Assembly: GCA_965261735.1 (NCBI GenBank)
Contig: OZ253470.1
Span: 704,001 to 768,000, forward strand
From: Alphaproteobacteria bacterium
GTDB lineage: Bacteria > Pseudomonadota > Alphaproteobacteria > SHVV01
DNA length: 64,000 nucleotides
Reading direction: 5' to 3'
Shown here one piece after another: positions 20,782-29,469 of this stretch (its first letter is position 1; every line of letters starts with the position of its first letter). The position numbers and the translations under genes are program-made. The notes beneath the pieces were generated by a model that saw only the letters and a program-made list of their open reading frames with translations, was not told where the DNA came from and did no database searches.

Positions 20782-20862
20782 GCGAGACCTCCCATGGGCT
20801 GCAACCAATGTAGCGCAATATGGTCCGGCGCCATACGGTCCTTGTGCCCTGGGGCCGGGTAC

Positions 20863-22260
20863 TCAGGCACCGCGGGAGGCGACCACAAGAGGGCGGATGT
20901 GGCGCCGCGAGATGACGCTGAAGCGCCACGCCAGCGCCGCCGCCGCCATGGCCAGGCCGGCGCTCAAGCCGGCGAGCAAGCCCGCCACCCCGCCCTCGAG
21001 CCAGAAGGCGAATAGGGTGGCCAGTGGCACCATCAGGAAAAGGTTGGTCGTGATCACGATCCAGGCCGGCACCCACACGTCGCCGGCACCCCGCAGCGCC
21101 CCGAGGAGGACCTGCTGGGCGCCGGAAACCGCGAGCGCCAGTGCGGCCAGGGCGAGCAGCGCGGCGGTCACCTCCTGGACCGCGCTATCGAAGGTGTAGA
21201 CGGCCGAAATCGTTTTGGGCACGGCCATCATCGGGACGGCAAATCCGGCCATCAGCACGACGAGAAGCGCGAACCCGGTCCAGCCGGCGATCGCGGTACC
21301 GTGGCGGTCACCGCCGCCGACGGCGACGCCCACGCGCACCGTCGTCGCGGCCGCCAACCCCGCCGAGCAAAGGATCCCGAGGGTGATGACGTTATTGAGA
21401 ACGTTGAAGGCCGCGAGCGCCAGGGTCCCGAGATAGCCCGCCAGCACCACGAGCGTCTGCGAGGCCAGGGTTTCCAGCCCCTGGGCGAAACCGACCGGAT
21501 AGCCGAGCCGGCGCAGCGTGCGCCCCTCGGACCAGGCGCCGCGCAGGCTGCCGCGCACGCCGTAGCGGCGGTGTTCGGTGCGCAGCACGATGACGGCGAT
21601 AAGCGCGCCGGCGGCGAGCCAGCGCACCGTCGACGTAGCCAGCACCGCACCCATGGCGCCGAGCGCCGGGGCGCCGAGGTTGCCGTAGATGAGCACCCAG
21701 TTGAGCCCGGCGTTGATGAGGTTGGCGACGAGCATGATCACCATGGCCGCGGCCGGCCGGCTCACGCCCTCGAGGAAGAAGCCCGAGGCCGCGAACAGTA
21801 GAACGCCCGGCATGCCCCAGGCATACATGAGCAGGACCTGCCCGCCGCCGGCGGCGATGGCCGGGTCCTGGCCGATGGCGAACAACAACGGCCCGCCGGG
21901 CACGCACAAGAGCCCGCCGAGGATACCAAGGCCTGCGGCATGGACGAGGGCTACGCGCCAGGTTCGCCCACAGCGCGAGACGTCACCGGCGCCGTAGGCT
22001 TGGGCGGTCAGGATTGCGGTGCCTCGCAGCATGCCGAGGCCAACCAGCATCAATACGGTCTGTACCGCCGAACCGATGCCGAGGTAGGCGAGTTCCGCGG
22101 CACCGGCATGGCCCGTCATCACCATGTCGATGACGATGAGGAACAAGACGCCGGCCCGCGTAACGATAACCGGTGCCGCCAGCCGGGTGATGGCGCCCGT
22201 ATGAAATCGCAACGACTGCACGCTCGATGCCCCGGCCCGCGGCGGCTGCGCTTGTGGCAT
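20863..22260 (-). CDS. MATE family efflux transporter
   Basis: RLAAPV, D.VMTGH, QAYGAG, NWVLIYGNLGAPALG, TVRVG, GALRGAGD; about 12 TM segments. Confidence 0.9.
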   Translation of the reverse strand: MPQAQPPRAGASSVQSLRFHTGAITRLAAPVIVTRAGVLFLIVIDMVMTGHAGAAELAYLGIGSAVQTVLMLVGLGMLRGTAILTAQAYGAGDVSRCGRTWRVALVHAAGLGILGGLLCVPGGPLLFAIGQDPAIAAGGGQVLLMYAWGMPGVLLFAASGFFLEGVSRPAAAMVIMLVANLINAGLNWVLIYGNLGAPALGAMGAVLATSTVRWLAAGALIAVIVLRTEHRRYGVRGSLRGAWSEGRTLRRLGYPVGFAQGLETLASQTLVVLAGYLGTLALAAFNVLNNVITLGILCSAGLAAATTVRVGVAVGGGDRHGTAIAGWTGFALLVVLMAGFAVPMMAVPKTISAVYTFDSAVQEVTAALLALAALALAVSGAQQVLLGALRGAGDVWVPAWIVITTNLFLMVPLATLFAFWLEGGVAGLLAGLSAGLAMAAAALAWRFSVISRRHIRPLVVASRGA

Positions 22261-22536
22261 GGGCGCCACTCTACACCGCGCGCCGATCGGGGTGACAGAA
22301 CGGCACCGCCGGGGGCATGGCGCGACCACGGCCGCCGCGCAGCTCGCGCGCGGCCGGGGAATAGCGGTTGCACCGCTTTTACGCGCACCGTATCTTGGCG
22401 ATGGAGGGACGATCGTCGGAACCTGCCGTAAAACCGCCCGTTAAGACGGACGGCAGAACCGTCGCCGGGACGAGGTGAGGCGCGCCGGCCGGAGGGTCAT
22501 TCGGACCCTTCCTGGAGTGCCAAACTGGAGGTTTGC

Positions 22537-24144
22537 GTGGAACAGGTTGGACGCTTTCGCAGCAGCCATGGCCTGGAGCGCCTCGGCCTGCACAACGTAT
22601 CCCGCGTTCATTGGAACTACTCGGTCGCCGAGCTCTATGAGGAGGCGATCCGGCGCTACGAGGGGATGCTCACCGTCGGCGGCCCGCTGGTCGTCAACAC
22701 CGGCGATCACACCGGGCGCTCGGTCAACGACAAGTTCATCGTGCGCGAGGCGTCGAGCGAAGCCGACATCTGGTGGGGCGATGTCAACCGGCCGATCTCG
22801 CAGGAAGCGTTCGCCGGCCTCAGGCTGCGCCTGCTCGCCTACCTCCAGGGCCGAGAGCTGTTTGCCCTCGACTCGTGGGCCGGATCGGATCCCAAGCTTC
22901 GCCTGCCGGTGCGCGTCGTCACCGAGACCGCGTGGCACTCGCTGTTCGCGCGCAACATGTTCATACGCCCTTCGACCGAGGAGCTCGCCGATTTCACGCC
23001 CGAGTTCACCATCATTCACGCGCCCAATTTCCACGCGGTGCCCGAGGTCGACTCGACCAACTCGCACGTCTTCATCGTCGTCAACTTCGACGCCCGATTG
23101 GTGCTGATCGGCGGCACCTCCTATGCCGGCGAGATCAAGAAGTCGGTGTTCACGGTGCTGAACTACCTGCTGCCGCCGCGTGACGTGCTGCCCATGCACG
23201 CCTCGGTCAACGTCGGCCGCGACGGCCACGCGGCCCTGTTCTTCGGCCTGTCGGGAACCGGCAAGACGACGCTGTCGGCCGACCCCGAGCGCACTCTGAT
23301 CGGCGACGACGAGCATGGCTGGGGCGAGCACGGCGTGTTCAATTTCGAGGGCGGCTGCTACGCCAAGGTCATCAACCTGAGTGCCGAGGCGGAGCCCGAA
23401 ATCCACGCCACCACGCAGATGTACGGCACCGTGCTCGAGAACGTCGTCGTCGATTCCGATCTGCGCGTGCTCGATCTCGACGACGCGAGCCTGACCGAGA
23501 ATACGCGCGCCTCCTACCCGCTCTCGTTCATTCCCAATGTTGCCGAGTCGGGCATCGCCGGGCACCCCAAGGACATCGTCATGCTGACCGCGGACGCGTT
23601 CGGCGTGCTGCCGCCGATAGCGCAGCTGACGCCCGAGCAGGCGATGTATCATTTCCTTTCCGGCTATACCGCCAAGGTGGCGGGTACCGAGAAGGGCCTC
23701 GGCAACGAGCCGTCGGCGACGTTCTCGACCTGCTTCGGCGCACCCTTCATGCCGCGCCATCCCAGCGTGTACGCCAAGATGCTGGGCGAGCGGATCTCCC
23801 GGCACGGCTCCAATTGCTGGCTCGTCAACACGGGCTGGACGAGCGGCGCCTACGGCGTCGGCCACCGCATGCCGATCGCCTATACGCGCGCCCTGCTGAA
23901 AGCGGCGCTCGACGGGGTTCTCGCCGAGACGCCGACGCGCCGCGACGAGAATTTCGGCTTCACGGTGCCGGAGCACTGCCCGCAGGTGCCCGACGCCCTG
24001 ATGCGACCGCGCGAGACCTGGTCGGACAGCGCCGCCTACGACGAAACGGCGAAGAAGCTGGTCGGCCGTTTCCAGGAGAACTTCGCCCAGTTCGAGGCGT
24101 ACGTCGACGCCGACGTCAAAGCCGCGGCGCCGCGCGCCGCCTGA
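22537..24144 (+). CDS. pckA: Phosphoenolpyruvate carboxykinase (ATP)
   Basis: [52 protein letters not shown]. Confidence 0.98.
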   Translation: MEQVGRFRSSHGLERLGLHNVSRVHWNYSVAELYEEAIRRYEGMLTVGGPLVVNTGDHTGRSVNDKFIVREASSEADIWWGDVNRPISQEAFAGLRLRLLAYLQGRELFALDSWAGSDPKLRLPVRVVTETAWHSLFARNMFIRPSTEELADFTPEFTIIHAPNFHAVPEVDSTNSHVFIVVNFDARLVLIGGTSYAGEIKKSVFTVLNYLLPPRDVLPMHASVNVGRDGHAALFFGLSGTGKTTLSADPERTLIGDDEHGWGEHGVFNFEGGCYAKVINLSAEAEPEIHATTQMYGTVLENVVVDSDLRVLDLDDASLTENTRASYPLSFIPNVAESGIAGHPKDIVMLTADAFGVLPPIAQLTPEQAMYHFLSGYTAKVAGTEKGLGNEPSATFSTCFGAPFMPRHPSVYAKMLGERISRHGSNCWLVNTGWTSGAYGVGHRMPIAYTRALLKAALDGVLAETPTRRDENFGFTVPEHCPQVPDALMRPRETWSDSAAYDETAKKLVGRFQENFAQFEAYVDADVKAAAPRAA

Positions 24145-24274
24145 GCGCGGGCCCAGGCGGCGCGCGCAGGACCACTCGCGCTGCGGTTAGCGCGCTTTCT
24201 CATGATTTTGCTATTTGCTATATTGAGCGGGCGGACTGTGTTCTGGCCGCTTTTTCAGGAGGTAGACTCGAGCC

Positions 24275-24602
24275 ATGGCGATCATGTCGATTGTCGCCGT
24301 CCTAATGAGTTTCGCGCTCGTCGCCGCTGGGGTCGGTCTCGCCACCACTGATTTCGGGGTGTTCTTCAGCGGCGTGAGCTTTCTCATCGTGTTCGGGCTG
24401 ACCCTGACCGCCGCCTTCGTAGGCTACCAACCGCGCTACGTCGTCGAGGCGCTCAAGGCGATCGCCGGCCCCTTCCGCAAGGCCAACGTCGACCGCTCGG
24501 TGTTGACCGAGGAGACCGGCAGGATCATCCGCTGGGGCTATCTCGTGAAGAAGCACGGCATTCTCGCGCTCGAGCGCGAGATCAAGGGGGCCAAGAACCA
24601 GG
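24275..24602 (+). pseudogene. MotA/PomA-like stator (proton channel) 5' fragment, cut by IS copy 3
   Basis: GGAGG RBS; two N-terminal TM helices (SFLIVFGLT), then KKHGILALE motif of the MotA cytoplasmic loop; ends at the IS left IR, and the 3' half is absent from the window. Confidence 0.7.
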
Positions 24603-25647
24603 CTTGCCTATCCGGTTGACACCCACACCCACTAGGGCTAGAATGGGCGCAACCCGGATATAGGGGAGCGCGCCATGGATGTTCTCGACCGCGCCGATCT
24701 CCCATTCCCGCATTCGCTACCCGAGTTCCAGCGACTTTTCCCCGATGATGCGGCCTGCGCCGCCTACCTGGAGAAAGCCCGCTGGGGAGACGGCTTTGCC
24801 TGCCCGCACTGCGGCACAGCGGGAGAGCCGTTCCACTTTGAAAACCGCCCTGGCGTCCTGCGCTGCCGCAAGTGCCGCCAGAACACCGGGCTGACGGTGG
24901 GAACAGTGATGGAGCGTAGCCACACTCCGCTGAACGTCTGGTTCTGGGCCGCTTATCTGGTCGCCAGTCAGACGCCCGGCATGTCCGCCGTGCAGTTTCA
25001 GCGGCAACTTGGTCTTTCGCGCTACGAGACGGCCTTTCAAATTCTCCACAAGCTCCGCTCGGGCATGGTGCGGCCCAACCAAGACAGGATCGGTGGACAG
25101 CCCAAGAACCATGTTGAGGTGGACGAAACCTGGGTTGGCGGGCGAACGCGTGGGGAAGGCCGTGGTGTTCATCACAAGGTTCCCGTCTCCTGTGCCATCG
25201 AGGTGCGTCATCGAAAGCCGGACACCAAGCTCGACAACCGGAAAGACGGACGCTATGCCGGACGCGTTCGGCTCGCCGTCGTGCTCGACCGTAGCGCCGA
25301 GTCGCTCTGTGGGTTCGTCGAGAGCACCGTCGCGCCGCGATCGCTGATCGTTACTGACGATTGGAGCGGCTATGCTGGCCTCGGTAAGCGCGGCTATGAG
25401 CACTTCGCTGTTGCCGAGTGTGGTGATCCAGAGGTTGCCGAGCAATACCTGCCGATCATCCATCTGGTTTTCGCCAACCTGAAGACGTGGCTGATCGGTA
25501 TCCACCACGGCGTTAGCCACCAGCACCTACAAGCCTACCTCAACGAGTTCACCTTCCGCTTCAACAGGCGGTTCTACCCGTTCAACGCCTTCCGCTCATT
25601 GCTCGGCATCGCGGGCGACACCTCTGCTCCAACCTATGCCGAGCTTT
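24603..25647 (+). mobile_element. IS1595-family insertion sequence, copy 3, right end deleted
   Basis: Left IR at 24603; identity to copy 2 stops after GAGCTTT (25647); no right IR or second target copy. Confidence 0.92.
24616..24644 (+). promoter_or_regulatory. Transposase promoter TTGACA-N17-TAGAAT
   Basis: Perfect -35, 5/6 -10 and 17-bp spacer, 30 bp upstream of the transposase ATG (GGGGAG RBS). Confidence 0.75.
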
Positions 25648-25823
25648 GGTCAACCCCCCTGCTTTTCAAGCAGCTCCCGAATCGCCTTCAACTCAGCAAG
25701 AATCCTGTCCTCCATCGTCGGCTCCGGCTGTCCCAGTTTTCGCTGAATCTCAGCCGCAACCTTCAGAAATTCCCGAGCGTCGGCCACAAAAGCGTAGCGG
25801 TCCCTCCACTCCCCAGGACCTAG
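24675..25823 (+). pseudogene. IS1595 transposase with native C-terminus replaced by read-through into island DNA
   Basis: Matches copy 2 up to PTYAEL, then an unrelated tail antisense to ORF 25650-25997. Confidence 0.8.
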
Positions 25824-25997
25824 ATCGTTTGCGTCAATCCCGTCAAGGATCAGAACCCACCGGTCGGCTTGATTTTGGCTCTTTGCATCCAGTCGAGAAA
25901 ATTTGCGAGATTTCAGAAGATGAATATTGGGAAATCGCCGACGCGCTTGCTCGAATGTAAGTGGCGTTGCCTCGCTAGATTGTTCATCATCACTCAT
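25650..25997 (-). CDS. Hypothetical protein, 115 aa
   Basis: Strong RBS AGAAGGAG; protein-like composition; C-terminal amphipathic helix EDRILAELKAIRELLEK. Confidence 0.65.
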   Translation of the reverse strand: MSDDEQSSEATPLTFEQARRRFPNIHLLKSRKFSRLDAKSQNQADRWVLILDGIDANDLGPGEWRDRYAFVADAREFLKVAAEIQRKLGQPEPTMEDRILAELKAIRELLEKQGG

Positions 25998-26098
25998 GAG
26001 AACTCTCCTTCTCGTGGGTTGGCCCGCCCGCTGGCACGGGCGGGGCTAATAGGGTCGCCGGCTGGTGCCGGGCCGACATCGGCACAGGGAAGGGAATC

Positions 26099-26371
26099 GT
26101 GAAAAAGGGATTGGGATTTGTTTGCGTGGCCCTCTCCCTGGTCACGGGTGTATGGCTGTGGCTGGGCTATCTCGATGCCCTGTCGGATTGGTTCGGCTCC
26201 GTGCTCGGAACGATAATCGCGGTGGTGGTCATCCCAGGAATACCGTTCTTCCCATTTGTCTATTGGTACGTCGAGGGACGGTTCCCCGATTTGTATTTCC
26301 TGCTGATGGCGATCTCCGCAGGTGCTGGCATGCTGGCGGGATGGACTTTCTCAAAGGAGACGCGATCATGA
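26099..26371 (+). CDS. Small membrane protein (about 3 TM)
   Basis: AGGGA RBS with GTG start; hydrophobic; stop overlaps the next ATG (ATGA). Confidence 0.65.
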   Translation: MKKGLGFVCVALSLVTGVWLWLGYLDALSDWFGSVLGTIIAVVVIPGIPFFPFVYWYVEGRFPDLYFLLMAISAGAGMLAGWTFSKETRS

Positions 26372-26565
26372 CCAAAGACCCCAAGCCCCTCGCCAAACGG
26401 CCTATCCTGGAGGAACGCGAGATCGCACTCCCGCCGCGCGGCTACCAGCCGACCAAGGCCGAGAGCGAGCAGGAATATGATATGCCAGGAGGCGATATAG
26501 TGACCGTTCGCAATGCCTTCTTTCGGCGCGTGAGAGTGAAAAAGGAAAAGGCCAAGGCCGATTAG
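26368..26565 (+). CDS. Small hypothetical protein, 65 aa (YQPTKAESE motif)
   Basis: AAAGGAG RBS and ATGA coupling to the upstream gene; the longer ORF-track start at 26065 is not supported. Confidence 0.6.
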   Translation: MTKDPKPLAKRPILEEREIALPPRGYQPTKAESEQEYDMPGGDIVTVRNAFFRRVRVKKEKAKAD

Positions 26566-26604
26566 CGGGGGTAGTAGAACAACGTAAGAATAGGAGCCCG
26601 AGAA

Positions 26605-27175
26605 ATGTCTGAATGGTCCGTCGCAACGATTGCCGGGGGCATTGCGGCTTCGCTTATCGCCAGCATCGCGGCACTTACCGCCATCGGCGTGGCAATCTTC
26701 AAGGCCGGCCGATGGACGGGGGCTGTCAACACAACCCTTGAATCCTTCAAGGGAACAATAACCAAAGTCCAGGAGGACATAAAGGATGCGGTGCGTGAAA
26801 TCAAGGAAGCAGTGACCAAGACTCAGGCGGACATCAACAGCTTGCAGCTTGAGCTCACGTCCAAAACGCTAAGCCCTGGCAGCCCACTCGAGCCAAACGA
26901 ATTGGGCAAAAAAAGTTTCTGAGACCATAGGCGTCCCTTCAATAGTGAAGGGCCTTGCCGCTGGTTTGAGTGAAAAGGCTGAGGGCAAGCATCCATACGA
27001 TATTCAGGAACTATGCTTCAATTTTGTCCGCGATGATTACGATCCAAGCGATGAAGTTGAGAAGAATATCAAGGAATTCGCCTATGAAAATGGTATTAGC
27101 CGCGCCGATGTTATGGATGTTCTGGCGGTTGAATTGCGTGACGAGATACTTCGGTTGATCAAACAGAAAGCCTAG
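26605..27175 (+). pseudogene. TM-anchored coiled-coil hypothetical protein, frameshifted at an A7 run
   Basis: AGGAG RBS; removing one A at 26908-26914 joins the two ORFs (ELGKKVSETIGVPSIVKGL). Confidence 0.65.
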
Positions 27176-27196
27176 CCCCCGCACACGCACTGGAAT

Positions 27197-27219
27197 GTGA
27201 CTATCCGACATAATTCCCC
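27197..27219 (-). mobile_element. Orphan terminal IR resembling the ISNwi subgroup of IS1595
   Basis: Minus strand reads GGGGAATTATGTCGGATAGTCAC, fitting the recalled ggnnatTAT end consensus; lies at the edge of the low-GC island next to AT-rich DNA. Confidence 0.45.
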
Positions 27220-27337
27220 TTATTTTGTATGTTCGGGCTTGCATCGGCAGGGGGTACCCAGGGCATGTGCAGCCACCCAATAAACTCGGGGCAGTCATTG
27301 GTGCGCTGGCCAGGGCGGCCTCGCTCTATGCGTGCAA

Positions 27338-27769
27338 TCACCCATCGCCGCGCCGCTGCGGCCCTTTCGGGGCGATAAGCTGTAGGGTCGGGAAGTTGGC
27401 GCGGTAGCGGCCGGTGTCTCGACTGAGGAGCGGCAACCCAGCGACGGCGGCGTGCGCACCGATGAAGAAATCGGGCAGCACTCCGGACTTGCGCCCACCT
27501 TTCCTCCGGTACGCGCGAAAGACCTTGCCTGCGAGAAAGAGGGCGGGGCGCGGAATCTCTAGGAGCTTGACGGCAATGGCCGCCAACACAGCTTCCAATT
27601 CCTCGATGCGACGGTAGCCAATCGAAACCTCGGCATAGACGACGGCATTGATGAACAAGGGGCCCTTCAACGCCAGGGCCTCCATCTGCTGCTGCGACCA
27701 GCTTGCCCACGTCGGATCGTCCGTCACCACGTCGAGCAAAACGCTGGTGTCGAGTAGGGCGCCGCTCAC
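27338..27769 (-). CDS. vapC: PIN-domain toxin (VapC family)
   Basis: LLDTSVLLD, INAVVYAEVS, LPDFFIGAHA, LLSRD; GTG start overlaps the antitoxin stop (GTGA). Confidence 0.92.
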   Translation of the reverse strand: MSGALLDTSVLLDVVTDDPTWASWSQQQMEALALKGPLFINAVVYAEVSIGYRRIEELEAVLAAIAVKLLEIPRPALFLAGKVFRAYRRKGGRKSGVLPDFFIGAHAAVAGLPLLSRDTGRYRANFPTLQLIAPKGPQRRGDG

Positions 27770-28005
27770 CCTTCGCCCCTCGTTAGCTCCATGATCTCGT
27801 CGGTGCTCATCCCGGCGGTCGCGCTTCCCCGAATCCGGTAGAACGGGCTCACTTTCCGCCGCACACTCTTGCCGGCCTTGCAGACCACCACCCGACCGTC
27901 CTCCTGCAGCTCGAAGTCGACGGCGGTTCCGGGCGTAATGCCAAGGTGCTCGCGGACCCTCTTGGGGATCGTGACCTGGCCCTTGCTGGTGACCTGCGTG
28001 CTCAT
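27766..28005 (-). CDS. vapB: AbrB/MazE/SpoVT-family antitoxin
   Basis: VTSKGQVTIPKRVREHLGI..G..VDF, C-terminal MSTDEIMELTRG; GAGGT RBS. Confidence 0.9.
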   Translation of the reverse strand: MSTQVTSKGQVTIPKRVREHLGITPGTAVDFELQEDGRVVVCKAGKSVRRKVSPFYRIRGSATAGMSTDEIMELTRGEG

Positions 28006-28228
28006 CTCTACCTCGTTGTAATACCTCTCTTGGAAAGGTAATACTACCGAAATGCACGATCCGTCACAAGCTTGAGCGGCGGCACCCCAAAAACGAGGCA
28101 AACCTCCTTGCTGAACCAGGCGATGATGCGATCCACGGCCATGGCCCCAGAGAACCTCGTTTCGGTGCGATGCCCGTTGCGACGCACCTCTTCGTGACGC
28201 AGCGCGCGCGGCCACGAGAGTGCTGCCC

Positions 28229-29444
28229 ATGATCTCCGCCCGCGCCACCGCCATCGCGCTGATTGCGCTCTCGCAGGTGGCGGCGATGGCGCTGTGGTTC
28301 TCGGCTTCGGCGATCGTGCCGGCGCTGCGAGCCGAGGTCGGGCTCGCGCCGCTCACGGCGTCCCTGTTCACGAGCGCGCTCCAGGCGGGCTTCGTCGTCG
28401 GTACGCTGGCGAGCGCGGTGCTCGGGCTCGCGGACCGGCTCGATCCGCGCCGCTTCTTCATGGCCGCGGCCCTTGTCGCGGCGGCCGCAAACGCAGCCAT
28501 CCTCCTGCTCGACCCGGCCTCGCCCGCGGTCATCGGCTTGCGCTTCGCCACCGGCGTGTGCATGGCCGGCATCTATCCCGTCGGCATGAAGCTCGCGACG
28601 ACCTGGGCCAAGGACGACATGGGGCTGATGGTCGGCCTGCTGGTCGGCGCGCTGACCCTGGACTCGGCCTTTCCGCACCTTTCCAATGCGCTCGGCGGCA
28701 TCGACTGGCGCTTCACCCTGGCCGCCGCCTCAGGTTCCGCCGTGGTCGCCGCGGCGGCCATCCGCCTCGTCGCCATCGGCCCCAATCGCGCGAACGCGCC
28801 GCCGTTCGATCCCGGCGCCGCCCTGCGCGCATGGACGAACCCTGCCCTGCGCCTCGCCAACCTCGGCTACCTCGGCCACATGTGGGAACTCTATGCGATG
28901 TGGGCCTGGATCGGCATCTTCCTCGATGCATGCTTCCGGCTGTCGATGGCCGACGATGCGGCACCGCTCTTGGCCGCGCTCGCGACCTTCGCCACCATCG
29001 GGGCGGGCGCCGTGGGATGCATCGCGGGCGGCGCCCTCGCCGACCGCATCGGCCGCACCACCTTGACCATGGCCGCGATGGGCGCAAGCGGCACCTGCGC
29101 CCTAGGTGTGGGCTACCTGTTCGGCCACAGCCCTGCTAATCCTCGTCGCGGTGTGCCTCGTTTGGGGGGTCGTCGCGGTCGCCGATTCGGCCCAGTTCTC
29201 GGCCAGCATTGCCGAACTCTCCGAGCCGTCTCACGTCGGCACCATGCTCACCATCCAGACGAGCATGGGATTTCTACTCACCCTGCTGACGATCCACCTC
29301 ATCCCGCCGCTCGTGGAGGCGGTGACGTGGCGCCACGCCTTCGCTTTCGCTTTCCTCGCCATCGGGCCGTTTCTCGGGGTGGTCGCGATGTGGCGCCTGC
29401 GCCAGCACCCGCACGCGGCCAAGCTCGCCGGCGGGCGCGGCTAG
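28229..29444 (+). pseudogene. MFS transporter, frameshifted near 29130
   Basis: LWFSASA, GIYPVGMK, GYLGHMWELYAMW in frame 1; C-terminal ADSAQFSA..GTMLTIQTSMGF continues in another frame. Confidence 0.85.
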
Positions 29445-29469
29445 CGCGCGCCGAGCGCCACGAGCGCGC

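Noticed and set aside
26905-26916. Programmed -1 ribosomal frameshift at AAAAAAAG
   Set aside because: Joining the two ORFs needs a +1 shift, and the A-AAA-AAG motif is not in the required phase.
28090-28190. Possible thioredoxin-like C-terminal remnant (RFSGAMAVDRIIAWF, minus strand) and short IR AAACGAGG/CCTCGTTT
   Set aside because: Too short to support; no start, RBS or CxxC motif.
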